Positions 10,086 through 18,995 of a stretch of 64,000 bases of DNA are shown in pieces. The first letter of the stretch is position 1; every line of letters begins with the position of its first letter. Source of the DNA: Patescibacteria group bacterium (lineage in GTDB: Bacteria; Patescibacteriota; JABMPQ01; JAHIRA01); assembly GCA_018818205.1 (NCBI GenBank), contig JAHISJ010000026.1, positions 29,994 through 93,993 of the forward strand. The letters run 5' to 3'. The position numbers and the translations under genes are program-made. The notes under the pieces were generated by a model. The model worked only from the letters and a program-made list of their open reading frames with translations. It did not search any database and was not told where the DNA came from.

Positions 10086-11186
10086 TTATTTTCTTGAGCA
10101 CGCCTCAACCAACACATCCAACGTCTCTTTTGCGGCCTCATTCCATGAAAACAAAAGAGCATCCCTCCGACCATTTTCATTGTGGTACACTTTCCCATCT
10201 AAAACTTTCTTCATGCCGTCTTTAATGCTCTTAATATCAAACGGTGCAACAAGCGCGCACTTTCTCTCACAAATCTCTTCCATCGGACTATTTTTAGACG
10301 TAACGACAGGCACCCCAAGATACTGGGCATCCAAAACAGGCATACCAAACCCTTCAAACAGGCTCGGGAAAACAAGTGCAGTAGCTTTTTTGAGATAGCA
10401 GTAGTACTCTTTGTCAGAAACATATCCACGCGCAACCACATCACTCGCATATTTTGATGACTCAATTAGGTCACTACACTCTCTTAGAAAATAGTCAGTT
10501 TTACTCCCTGCCAAAATAAGTTGGACATTGACGTAGGCTATTTCTTTCTTTATTTCAAAAAAAGCCCTGAGAAGCCGTTTAATATTCTTTCTCTCTTCAA
10601 GTCTCCCAATAAAAAAGAAATAGGGTCTTTTCTTTTCAAAACATGAAAGCGATGCTCCAGCCTGCTCTATCTCCTGCGCAATACTCCCATGACGAATCAC
10701 TGAAACTTTTTTTTGCGGTACGCCATAGAACGATTCAAGATCTTTTTTTGTGTGTTCGCTGGGAACAATGACGCTCTTTGAATGACGAGCACCAAATCGC
10801 GTCGTCAGCCGCATATACAATCTATCTAAAAAAGAATACCCATCTGTTGTTTTTTCATACTCAAGACCATGCACCGTCACTACTGTTTTACGCCGATAGA
10901 GGAAAGGGACAATATGCGACGGTACAAACAAAATATCAAGCTTATCGCTGCGAGCAGCACGCGCAAGCGCACCTTGCGACCACAAAAAACGTCCTTTAAC
11001 AATACGTTCAAGTTTACGGTCGCTTAATAAACACCTCAGTTCATGCGGTAATTTTTCTTTTGTGTATAAGACAAAACGAGCTTCAGTGGGAAGCTGAAGC
11101 AGGTGCAAAATGAGATAATATGAATAGTTTTCCGTTCCAGTTCGTTTTTTTTTCGCCGCCCTTGATGCGTCTATGCCGATAACCAT
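10086..11186 (-). CDS. Glycosyltransferase, group 1 (GT4 family)
   Basis: MVIGIDASRAAKKKRTGTENY... and a C-terminal EGFGMPVLDAQYLGVPVV motif. Confidence 0.7.
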   Translation of the reverse strand: MVIGIDASRAAKKKRTGTENYSYYLILHLLQLPTEARFVLYTKEKLPHELRCLLSDRKLERIVKGRFLWSQGALARAARSDKLDILFVPSHIVPFLYRRKTVVTVHGLEYEKTTDGYSFLDRLYMRLTTRFGARHSKSVIVPSEHTKKDLESFYGVPQKKVSVIRHGSIAQEIEQAGASLSCFEKKRPYFFFIGRLEERKNIKRLLRAFFEIKKEIAYVNVQLILAGSKTDYFLRECSDLIESSKYASDVVARGYVSDKEYYCYLKKATALVFPSLFEGFGMPVLDAQYLGVPVVTSKNSPMEEICERKCALVAPFDIKSIKDGMKKVLDGKVYHNENGRRDALLFSWNEAAKETLDVLVEACSRK

Positions 11187-11187
11187 G

Positions 11188-12195
11188 TTATTTTGCTGAG
11201 AGAATGCTTCGTTTATATGATTCTAAATTTTCGAGTGCAATGCCCGTGCCCCGCGCCACGCAAAGTAATGGATCGTCAGCAACATAACACGGAACTCCAG
11301 TTGAATTGCTAATAAGTGTATCAAACTTTCTAAGCAATGCTCCGCCGCCAGAGAGCACCATTCCTTTATCTATAACATCGGCAGCAAGTTCTGGCGGTGT
11401 CTCTTGAAGCACTGATTTAACCGCCTGAATAATCTCGGTAAGTTCGTCTTTTATTGCCTCTGCAACCTCATTTGAAGTTACTGTGATTGTTTTTGGAAGA
11501 CCTTCAATCATGTCTCTACCTCTAATCTCAAGTTCTTCTTCTTTATCAACAGTTAATGCAGTACCAATACGTAGTTTAATCTCCTCAGAGGTTTGGTCAC
11601 CTATAGCAAGGCCATGTTCTTTTCTAATAAACTCTGCAATCGCGGAGTCAAACTTGTTCCCCGCAACTCTCACAGACGTAGATGACACAATGCCGCCAAG
11701 ACAGATAACAGCAATTTCCGTAGTGCCACCACCGATATCAATAATCATATTGCCGCTTGACTGTGCAATGGGAATACCTGAACCAATGGCAGCTGCAACA
11801 GGCTCTTTAATAATGTATGCTGCTTTAGCACCTGCCTGCATAGTTGCATCAACCACCGCACGCCGCTCAGTACTTGTAATCCCTGCAGGAACAGACACCA
11901 TGACCTCAGGCCTAAAAAACCGAATGTTGCCAATCGATTTATTAATAAAATAGCGAAGCATTGCCTCAGTAACTCGGTAATCAGCAATAACTCCTTCCTT
12001 CATTGGCTGAGACGCTACAATCGTATCAGGCGTTCTCCCAAGCATCTCTTTTGCCTCATTACCAACAGCAAGAACTTGATTGTCCTCAATAGACACAGCA
12101 ACCACCGATGGCTCATTAAGCACGATTCCTCGTTTTGGTAAAAAAACGAGCGTGTTTGCCGTGCCAAGGTCAATACCAATTTGCTTATTAAACAC
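11188..12195 (-). CDS. mreB: Rod shape-determining protein MreB (actin homolog)
   Basis: IGIDLGTANTLVF...DIGGGTTEIAV...GGGALL actin-fold ATPase motifs; length 335 aa. Confidence 0.9.
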   Translation of the reverse strand: MFNKQIGIDLGTANTLVFLPKRGIVLNEPSVVAVSIEDNQVLAVGNEAKEMLGRTPDTIVASQPMKEGVIADYRVTEAMLRYFINKSIGNIRFFRPEVMVSVPAGITSTERRAVVDATMQAGAKAAYIIKEPVAAAIGSGIPIAQSSGNMIIDIGGGTTEIAVICLGGIVSSTSVRVAGNKFDSAIAEFIRKEHGLAIGDQTSEEIKLRIGTALTVDKEEELEIRGRDMIEGLPKTITVTSNEVAEAIKDELTEIIQAVKSVLQETPPELAADVIDKGMVLSGGGALLRKFDTLISNSTGVPCYVADDPLLCVARGTGIALENLESYKRSILSAK

Positions 12196-12206
12196 TAGCG
12201 TTATCG

Positions 12207-13478
12207 TTAACTATTATTCTCTTCACGGACAATATGCGCACCAAGCGCAGTCAACTTCTTATCAATGTTCTCGTATCCCCTATCAATTTGTGCAATATTA
12301 TCAATAACACTTTCTCCTTCAGCAACCAGGGCTGCGAGTATAAGCGTTGCACCTGCCCGAAGATCAAAGCTCATCATTGTTTTTCCAGTGAGCAATGTCT
12401 TCCCAGTAATGAGTGCACGGTGGGGATCACAAATCACTGCGTTTGCTCCCATGTTCTGCAACTCAGGAATGTAGTTTCTTAGTCTTCCTTCATACAAAGT
12501 CTCGTGAACCATTGTTGTTCCTTCTGCCTGCGTCATCAAAAGCGCAAAGGGTGGCAATAAATCAGAAGGGAATCCTGGATATGGCAACGACTGAATTGCA
12601 CCGAGAGGTCTGATTTTTTTAGGCTTCTTAGCAGTAATAGCCGACTTTTCTACCGTTACAGGGATACCGGCATCTTCAAATGCTAAAAGTTCACGTTTCA
12701 TAAACTCAGGTGCAGCATTGGTCACCCGCACTTCTCCAAGGAGCGCACCAGCAACCAAAAATGTTCCCACTTCTATGGGATCTGCAATAAGCGTATGCTC
12801 AAACCCGGAAAGGGTGTTTGCTCCCAAAATAGAAAGCTCATGTGTCCCTTTACCAGATATTTGCGCACCCATTTTTTCTAAAACCGTAAGGCAGTCATAT
12901 ACATGTGGTTCAGCCGCTGCAAGAGAGATAGTAGTTGTTCCTTGAGCACGCGCTGCCGCAAGACACGTATTCTCTGTCGCGGTTACACTGATTTCTTGTA
13001 AAACAATATCTACTCCTTTAAGTCCTTTTGGAGCCTCAAGCACGATAGTATCATCAGAATCAACGGGCAAAGCACCGAGCTTTTCAAGTGCACTCAGATG
13101 AGTTGAAATAGGCCGTGAGCCAATAGAGCATCCACCTGGCTTAGTCATAGAAACACGTCCAAAACGTACGAGCAGTGGTCCGGATAGAAGTACGGACATC
13201 CTAATCTTTTCAATCAAAGAATGTTCTAGTCTCGAAGGATCAAGATTTGCAGTATTAATTTTTACCGTATGCTCATCAGTCCACTGGACTGATGCACCCA
13301 TTTTTTCAAGAATCTCTAAAAGACATACCACGTCATCGATCTTTGGCATGTTATGAATAACACAGTCTTCATCGGTAAGCACCGTAGCCGGGATAATCGA
13401 AGCAGCAGCATTTTTTGAACCACTGACGACAACATCTCCTGAAAGCGTAGCACCTCCCGTAATACGAAATCGTTCCAT
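12207..13478 (-). CDS. murA: UDP-N-acetylglucosamine 1-carboxyvinyltransferase
   Basis: MERFRITGGATLSGDVVVSGSKNAA... with the catalytic-Cys region KPGGCSIGSRPI; 423 aa. Confidence 0.9.
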   Translation of the reverse strand: MERFRITGGATLSGDVVVSGSKNAAASIIPATVLTDEDCVIHNMPKIDDVVCLLEILEKMGASVQWTDEHTVKINTANLDPSRLEHSLIEKIRMSVLLSGPLLVRFGRVSMTKPGGCSIGSRPISTHLSALEKLGALPVDSDDTIVLEAPKGLKGVDIVLQEISVTATENTCLAAARAQGTTTISLAAAEPHVYDCLTVLEKMGAQISGKGTHELSILGANTLSGFEHTLIADPIEVGTFLVAGALLGEVRVTNAAPEFMKRELLAFEDAGIPVTVEKSAITAKKPKKIRPLGAIQSLPYPGFPSDLLPPFALLMTQAEGTTMVHETLYEGRLRNYIPELQNMGANAVICDPHRALITGKTLLTGKTMMSFDLRAGATLILAALVAEGESVIDNIAQIDRGYENIDKKLTALGAHIVREENNS

Positions 13479-13580
13479 AGAAGTATTTTTCCTTTGTTAT
13501 TATACGTTTTCCCTTACAATTTGCAAGGTTGATTTTACACGCAGCATGCCGTATACTGCATGATGTAACTTATAGTGTAA

Positions 13581-15029
13581 GTGTATCATATGGTGTCATG
13601 GAAACGAAGAATTTTCCTTATTGTAGCGCTGATCACTTTTTGTACCGTATCGATCACCTTGGTGTTTTATGCCATGGGATACCGGTACAGCATAGACAAC
13701 AATGAAGTTCGATTTGTTGGACTTATTGACGTAGAAACACTACCAAAAAGTGTCAGAGTATACCTAAACGATACCCTTATTACACGTTCAACACCTAAAC
13801 AAATCAAGGATTTATTTCCACGAATCTACACCGTGCGCGTAGAAAAGGATGGTCACAACACGTGGCAAAAAAATGTATTTGTTGAATCAAAGAAGGTTAC
13901 GTGGATAAAAAACGTTCGCTTGTTTTTGAGCAATCCTACAATAGAAACACTCGTACCCGTAAAATCCGAATCCTACACAGTTTTTGATGATGGAAAAAAG
14001 ATTCTTTATACAAAAAACAACGAAGATTCAAAGGGCTTGTTTCTGTATGATGTGAAAGACAAAAAAATTACTCATATTTTTCCCGGTGAAAAAGAGTTTC
14101 TTTCTGACAAGATCCTCATAGATGAAGTAACCTACACAAATACGCTTTACTCAAATGATGGTAAGCTTTCCTTGCTCACACTTAGTGAATCCTCTGGCAA
14201 CGAGCACTACGTGCTTGTCCCCACTGATAAACCGGAATCGTCTAAGCTTATTACCAACGATGCACTGTCACCTACATCAACAAGTCACATTACTCTTGAC
14301 CCTAAAAACACAAACCATATCTACTTTATATCTGAAAATACCCTTTTTCTCTACGATCTTGAGAAAGAAGAAATCACAAAAATAAATGAAAATAGTGCCA
14401 CCTTTACGATCCACGAAGGCACTTTGTACGTTGCAGAAAAAAGTAAAGAGGGCAAAACAACAATTACACGCACACAAGACAGTATGTTCACTTTTGGTGA
14501 AAGTGTCGAAACACTCACCACCCTTTCTGCTGAAACAGTTTCTAGCATAGTTGCAAACGGAAACGGAGATATGGCAGTATTAGATTCAAAAAAGAACGTA
14601 TACCTTTACAATGCAGAAACAAAAGAAACCAAGCACATAGGATCACACATAAATAACCTTCTTTTTTCTAAGAGTGGAAAAAAGCTTCTCTTTTATAACG
14701 ATCAAGAGGTCTACTTCTATGAGATTTCTGAAAAAGAACTCGAGCAGCTAAAGCAACCGTATTCCACAAATACCACCAACCTTATTACCAGATACAGTAA
14801 ACAAATCACAGGAGCCGGGTTTTACGCCGATGAGGAGTGGGTATATGTCGCTTTCAATGATAGCCTGAAGCTCATTGAATTAGACGAGAGAGACAAACGT
14901 AATACATACCAGGCATTAACTGATTTTCCACTCGATCCATCCATTTTCTTTGATAAAGAAGGTGAAACACTTTTTATGCTGAATAAAGATACTAAACAAA
15001 TCCAGTCTGAAGTGATTTTTGAGAAATAA
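13581..15029 (+). CDS. Membrane-anchored PEGA-domain and beta-propeller (TolB-like) protein, hypothetical
   Basis: N-terminal TM helix, then a PEGA-like segment (VRVYLNDTLI...IYTVRVEKDGHNTWQKNV), then repeated beta-strand-rich units. Confidence 0.5.
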   Translation: MYHMVSWKRRIFLIVALITFCTVSITLVFYAMGYRYSIDNNEVRFVGLIDVETLPKSVRVYLNDTLITRSTPKQIKDLFPRIYTVRVEKDGHNTWQKNVFVESKKVTWIKNVRLFLSNPTIETLVPVKSESYTVFDDGKKILYTKNNEDSKGLFLYDVKDKKITHIFPGEKEFLSDKILIDEVTYTNTLYSNDGKLSLLTLSESSGNEHYVLVPTDKPESSKLITNDALSPTSTSHITLDPKNTNHIYFISENTLFLYDLEKEEITKINENSATFTIHEGTLYVAEKSKEGKTTITRTQDSMFTFGESVETLTTLSAETVSSIVANGNGDMAVLDSKKNVYLYNAETKETKHIGSHINNLLFSKSGKKLLFYNDQEVYFYEISEKELEQLKQPYSTNTTNLITRYSKQITGAGFYADEEWVYVAFNDSLKLIELDERDKRNTYQALTDFPLDPSIFFDKEGETLFMLNKDTKQIQSEVIFEK

Positions 15030-15039
15030 TAGGATTGAT

Positions 15040-15100
15040 GTTCGTTGTAGTAGGGGCGCCCCTGCGAAACAAAAAACTCCCCATACTGGAGAGTTTTTTA
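15040..15100. terminator. Terminator region between convergent genes
   Basis: GC palindrome AGGGGCGCCCCT followed by AAAAAACTCCCCATACTGGAGAGTTTTTT, a hairpin with A/T flanks. Confidence 0.5.
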
Positions 15101-15121
15101 AATTCATATTGCTAACGAGAC

Positions 15122-15550
15122 CTAACGCTTTGCCCACTGCGGCGCTCGTCTAGCTCCCCTCAGTCCGTATTTCTTTCTTTCTTTCATGCGTGAGTCTCTT
15201 TTGAGAAATCCTGCCTTTTTAAGTGGCAACCGTAAATCTTTATTGTACGTCTGAAGTGCTCGGGATAGACCAAGTCTAATCGCCTCAGCCTGTCCTTTTT
15301 TACCGCCACCTTTAACCCTCGCTTCCACTTTGTATTTCTTCTCTGCATCATCGCCAATAAGTGTAAGCGGCGCCTTTGCCACCAATGGAAGTTCATTATC
15401 AATAAAAAACTTCTCAAGTGATTTAGTGTTAACAATAAACCCGGTTCCTTTGTAAATACGAACAAGTGCGACTGCGGTTTTTCTTCGTCCAACAGCGGCA
15501 ATGTAGGTCTTTTCGTCTAGCTTAGGCTTCTTTTCTGTGGTTGTAGTCAT
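15122..15550 (-). CDS. rpsI: 30S ribosomal protein S9
   Basis: ...GGGKKGQAEAIRLGLSRAL...RDSRMKERKKYGLRGARRAPQWAKR, the canonical S9 C-terminus. Confidence 0.9.
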   Translation of the reverse strand: MTTTTEKKPKLDEKTYIAAVGRRKTAVALVRIYKGTGFIVNTKSLEKFFIDNELPLVAKAPLTLIGDDAEKKYKVEARVKGGGKKGQAEAIRLGLSRALQTYNKDLRLPLKKAGFLKRDSRMKERKKYGLRGARRAPQWAKR

Positions 15551-15558
15551 AAAACAAA

Positions 15559-15990
15559 TTAGTTATGCGAAAAGTGTTCTTTGTATGGATGATCAGTTCC
15601 CTCTACTACTTTAAGTCTTTTCAATCGTTCGTTTGCAAGCTTATTTTTAGGAAGCATCATCTCAACTGATTTTTTAAAAAGTGATACCGGGTCTTTTGAA
15701 GCCTTTTCTTCAAATGATTTTTCTTTAATTGACCCAGGATACCAGGAATGGCTGTAGTATTTTTTATCAGTTCGCTTGTTCCCTGTTACCTTTAGCTTGT
15801 CAACATTTGTTACCACCACATTATCACCAAAATCCTGATGTGGTGTATACTGTACCTTCTTTTTACCAATAAGATGTGTTGCAACCAAACTTACCACGCG
15901 ACCAAAAGTCTCTTTTGAAGCATCAACTTCAAGCCATGCACGCGTATACTCTTTGTTGCTATCTGCTAGCGGTGTTTTTCTTCTTTTCAT
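15559..15990 (-). CDS. rplM: 50S ribosomal protein L13
   Basis: MKRRKTPLADSNKEYTRAWLEVDASKETFGRVVS...TGNKRTDKKYYSHS... The ATG lies 5 nt after the rplQ stop; the ORF-track start at 16017 is a GTG extension overlapping rplQ. Confidence 0.85.
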   Translation of the reverse strand: MKRRKTPLADSNKEYTRAWLEVDASKETFGRVVSLVATHLIGKKKVQYTPHQDFGDNVVVTNVDKLKVTGNKRTDKKYYSHSWYPGSIKEKSFEEKASKDPVSLFKKSVEMMLPKNKLANERLKRLKVVEGTDHPYKEHFSHN

Positions 15991-15995
15991 AGTAT

Positions 15996-16352
15996 TTACA
16001 CTAATTCTACTTGGCACACAAGTGCATTATCACCTTGTCTATTACCTATTTTTATCACTCGCGTCATTCCACTTGCTCCCTTGCTATATTTGGGCAGTAC
16101 TTCCTTTAAAAACTTCTTCTCAACTTCTTTATTGTTAAGCAGTGAATGTAGGATGCGCTTCTTATTCCGAGAATCTTGCGCTTTCATGGTCTTTGTGACT
16201 AACTGTTCATATGACGATGAAACAACTCGTGCTTTTGCAGACGTTAACTGAAGTTTCTCATTCATAATGAGATCATTCATAAGACTTCGCACCATAAGGT
16301 TGCGATGGCTTGATTGCTTTCTTAACTTATCTCTCTTCTTACGATGACGCAT
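15996..16352 (-). CDS. rplQ: 50S ribosomal protein L17
   Basis: MRHRKKRDKLRKQSSHRNLMVRSL..., the L17 N-terminal signature. Confidence 0.9.
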   Translation of the reverse strand: MRHRKKRDKLRKQSSHRNLMVRSLMNDLIMNEKLQLTSAKARVVSSSYEQLVTKTMKAQDSRNKKRILHSLLNNKEVEKKFLKEVLPKYSKGASGMTRVIKIGNRQGDNALVCQVELV

Positions 16353-17308
16353 TACTTTTCTTCCTCATGTAATGTTAAGTCGAGTTTTTTTAGCGACGAC
16401 TTTATCTCTTTTAGTGCAGTTTCACCAAAACCTTCAAGTGAAAGCAAATCCCCTTCTGAACGTGAAGCAAGATCACCAACAGTTCTAATCTTTGCTCTAT
16501 CAAGTGCATTTGATGTTCGCGTTGAAAGATTGAGTTTTTGCACAATAGTATCAAGGACTGTATCAGGTTCTTCTACGTCTTCTTTCTTCTCTTCCTCTTT
16601 CATCTCCTCTTCCTTCTTTGCAGATTTTGCCCCAGTAATAAATGCGAAGTGATCAACAAGTAGCTCAGATGACTTAGTTAATGCTTCACGAGGAGAAATA
16701 GTACCATCAGTTACAATAGAAATTCTTAGCTGATCATAGTCTGTCCTCTGTCCAACACGAATGTTTTGAATATCATAGCTTACCTTTTCTATAGGACAAT
16801 ACGATGAATCAATCAAGATCATACCAATGTCTAAATCTTCACCATTCTTTTTCTCGACTGGTACATATCCTCTACCCTTTTCTACCATAAGTTCAGCCTC
16901 AAAATGCGCATCTTTGTTTGTTGCAGTAGCTATAAGAAGATCCGGAGTAACTATCTCGACATCTGACGGTGTTTCAATATCCTTAGCAAGAATATCTTTC
17001 TTACCTTTTACATCGAGCTTAAGGGTAACAGGCTCATCGCTATGAACCTTAAGTCTAAGCATCTTTAAATTCAAGATAATTTCAATAACATCCTCTTTGA
17101 TATTATCAAGAGTATCAAATTCATGACTTGCGCCCTTAATTTTTACACCACTTACAGCAGCTCCAGGAAGTGATGAAAGAAGAACACGTCTAAGCGCATT
17201 GCCAAGGGTATGGCCATAACCAGGATAGCACGGTTCAACGATAAAAATACCTTCGTTGCCCTCTTCTTTTTCTAACTTGATTGTATTTGGAATAAGTATC
17301 GCCTCCAT
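16352..17308 (-). CDS. rpoA: DNA-directed RNA polymerase subunit alpha
   Basis: MEAILIPNTIKLEKEEGNEGIFIVEPCYPGYGHTLGNALRRVLLSSLPGAAV...; the C-terminal domain is present. True start Met is 20 codons inside the ORF-track ORF. Confidence 0.9.
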   Translation of the reverse strand: MEAILIPNTIKLEKEEGNEGIFIVEPCYPGYGHTLGNALRRVLLSSLPGAAVSGVKIKGASHEFDTLDNIKEDVIEIILNLKMLRLKVHSDEPVTLKLDVKGKKDILAKDIETPSDVEIVTPDLLIATATNKDAHFEAELMVEKGRGYVPVEKKNGEDLDIGMILIDSSYCPIEKVSYDIQNIRVGQRTDYDQLRISIVTDGTISPREALTKSSELLVDHFAFITGAKSAKKEEEMKEEEKKEDVEEPDTVLDTIVQKLNLSTRTSNALDRAKIRTVGDLASRSEGDLLSLEGFGETALKEIKSSLKKLDLTLHEEEK

Positions 17309-17380
17309 AGTATGTTTCTCCGATAAATTGTTAATAGCACTAAACAAACACTTTACTCGTGGTAGCACACACGTAAGACA

Positions 17381-18061
17381 CTAAACACGTCTTACTTTTT
17401 TAGATCTGCACCCATTGTGTGGCACCGGCGTTACATCTTGAATAACATTAATTGCAAGACCACCACTTGATAATGCCCGTACTGCAGCTTCACGTCCACC
17501 CCCAATGCCTTTTACAAAAACATCTACTTCTGAGAGGCCAGTATCTTTAACTTTATCAAGAACCGTACGGGTAATAATCGTCGCAGCGTATGGTGTTGCT
17601 TTCTTTGGCCCTCTGAAATTGGAAAGTCCTGCACTACCCCATGCTAGAGTATTTCCGTTTAAATCAGTAATAGTAACAATAGTATTGTTGTACGTAGATT
17701 TAATAAACACCTTCCCACGAGAAATCTTTCTGCGTACCTTTCCTTTCTTCTTTCGTTTCTTCTTTGGCTTTTCCTCTTTCTTTTCTTCTCTTTGAGAGTC
17801 CGTCTTTGGTCCTGAGCTCAGACCTTGAGAGGAGGAATCCTCTCCTCGAGTCTGAGCGACCTCGGAGTCGAGGTCAGAGCCTCGAACGGCCTTTTCTTGA
17901 GTCTTCTTTTCTTTCATTTCAGCATCCTTGCCTTTCTTCGCTTCCTTTGTATCTGATGTATCTGAAACTTCCTTCTTTGCAGCAGGTTTCTTCTTTTTTT
18001 CCTCCGACTCAGGAGTTTTAGAGTCAGGAGCTGTCTCTTCTTTTTTCTTGGAGTCGTTCAT
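17381..18061 (-). CDS. rpsK: 30S ribosomal protein S11 with a roughly 100-aa K/E-rich N-terminal extension
   Basis: The C-terminal 125 aa is canonical S11 (KVFIKSTYNNTIVTITDLNGNTLAWGSAG...TPVPHNGCRSKKVRRV). The N-terminal low-complexity extension has no internal Met near the core, so the extension is translated. Confidence 0.8.
   Translation of the reverse strand: MNDSKKKEETAPDSKTPESEEKKKKPAAKKEVSDTSDTKEAKKGKDAEMKEKKTQEKAVRGSDLDSEVAQTRGEDSSSQGLSSGPKTDSQREEKKEEKPKKKRKKKGKVRRKISRGKVFIKSTYNNTIVTITDLNGNTLAWGSAGLSNFRGPKKATPYAATIITRTVLDKVKDTGLSEVDVFVKGIGGGREAAVRALSSGGLAINVIQDVTPVPHNGCRSKKVRRV
17794..17890 (+). repeat. GC-rich hairpin-containing repeat, copy A, inserted in frame inside the rpsK N-terminal extension
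   Basis: Near-identical to 20213-20310. Contains the palindromes CTCGAGAGGAGG..CCTCTCCTCGAG and GACCTCGGAGTCGAGGTC. About 60% GC against about 40% background. Confidence 0.7.
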
Positions 18062-18078
18062 ATATCTTTAAACTTAGC

Positions 18079-18468
18079 TTAAGTCTTTTGAGCTGCTGGT
18101 TTTCTTCCGCTTCCTGCTGTCCGTCTAATATTTCCCCGAACGGTTCTGGAATTAGTCTTTGTTCGCTGTCCCCGTACAGGCAAATTTTTTGCATGTCTGA
18201 GGCCTCTATACGAACCAATTTCTCTCAGTCTCTTAATATTTAAAAGCTTTTGCTGTCTTAAATCTCCTTCTATCTTGTAGCTCTTTTCTATAATGCTTCT
18301 AAGCTTATTGATATCAGCATCACTCAATTCACGCGCCCTCATATTTGGATCGAGTGAAGCATCTTTGATGAGCTTTTTTGCTCGCACAAGACCAATACCA
18401 TAAATATAGGTAAGAGCTACCTCAATTCTTTTTTCTGACGGAATGTTTACTCCAGCAATACGTGCCAT
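18079..18468 (-). CDS. rpsM: 30S ribosomal protein S13
   Basis: MARIAGVNIPSEKRIEVALTYIYGIG... Confidence 0.9.
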   Translation of the reverse strand: MARIAGVNIPSEKRIEVALTYIYGIGLVRAKKLIKDASLDPNMRARELSDADINKLRSIIEKSYKIEGDLRQQKLLNIKRLREIGSYRGLRHAKNLPVRGQRTKTNSRTVRGNIRRTAGSGRKPAAQKT

Positions 18469-18482
18469 AAATACTTATATTA

Positions 18483-18596
18483 TTATCCCTGTCTTTGCTT
18501 ATGACGAGGATTTGAACAAATGACAAACAAGCACCTTTGGCGCTTAACTATTTTACACTGATCACAAATTCTTTTAACTGAGGCTCTTACCTTCAT
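18483..18596 (-). CDS. rpmJ: 50S ribosomal protein L36 (below the ORF-track size cutoff; found by hand)
   Basis: The minus strand translates to [37 protein letters not shown], a canonical 37-aa L36 with a C..C...C..H zinc ribbon. The ATG is 1 nt after the infA stop. Confidence 0.8.
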   Translation of the reverse strand: MKVRASVKRICDQCKIVKRQRCLFVICSNPRHKQRQG

Positions 18597-18597
18597 G

Positions 18598-18849
18598 CTA
18601 GTTTCTCTTTACAATTCGTCCCTTTGTTAGATCATAGGGACTGAGTTCTACGTCTACTGGATCGCCCGGGAGTACACGAATATAGTTCATCTGCATCTTC
18701 CCTGACACTTTTGCCATAATTGTATGACCATTTTCTAGTTCAACCTTAAACGTCGCATTGGGAAGCATCTCAAGGACTGTACCACTTACCTGAACAACAT
18801 CCTTCTTTTTTCCTGAATTGCTACCCGAATGCTTGTTTTTGTTTCGCAT
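18598..18849 (-). CDS. infA: Translation initiation factor IF-1
   Basis: ...[65 protein letters not shown]. Confidence 0.9.
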   Translation of the reverse strand: MRNKNKHSGSNSGKKKDVVQVSGTVLEMLPNATFKVELENGHTIMAKVSGKMQMNYIRVLPGDPVDVELSPYDLTKGRIVKRN

Positions 18850-18995
18850 TGAACCTCTATTGCTACAACTTACATAGAATTAAATAATCCCTGCCACAAA
18901 ATAGCAGGTGATATCATACACCTCACCCGTATGCTACCGCTAATTTACGGGAGCGTCAAGGGACAAAGAGTGTATAACATAAAAATGATACCAAT

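Noticed and set aside
9807-10097. ORFs 9807..10019 (-) and 9903..10097 (+)
   Set aside because: They overlap the RNase P RNA gene. They are short, show no conservation signal and are reading-frame noise.
11483-11953. Plus-strand 156-aa ORF inside mreB, and similar antisense ORFs inside dnaK (41887..42837), alaS (24587..25701), the 818-aa gene (29289..29807), ftsA (21053..21511) and the secreted paralogs (22746..23240, 23824..24084)
   Set aside because: They are antisense to strongly supported conserved genes and have low-complexity S/P/T-rich translations typical of the opposite strand of coding DNA.
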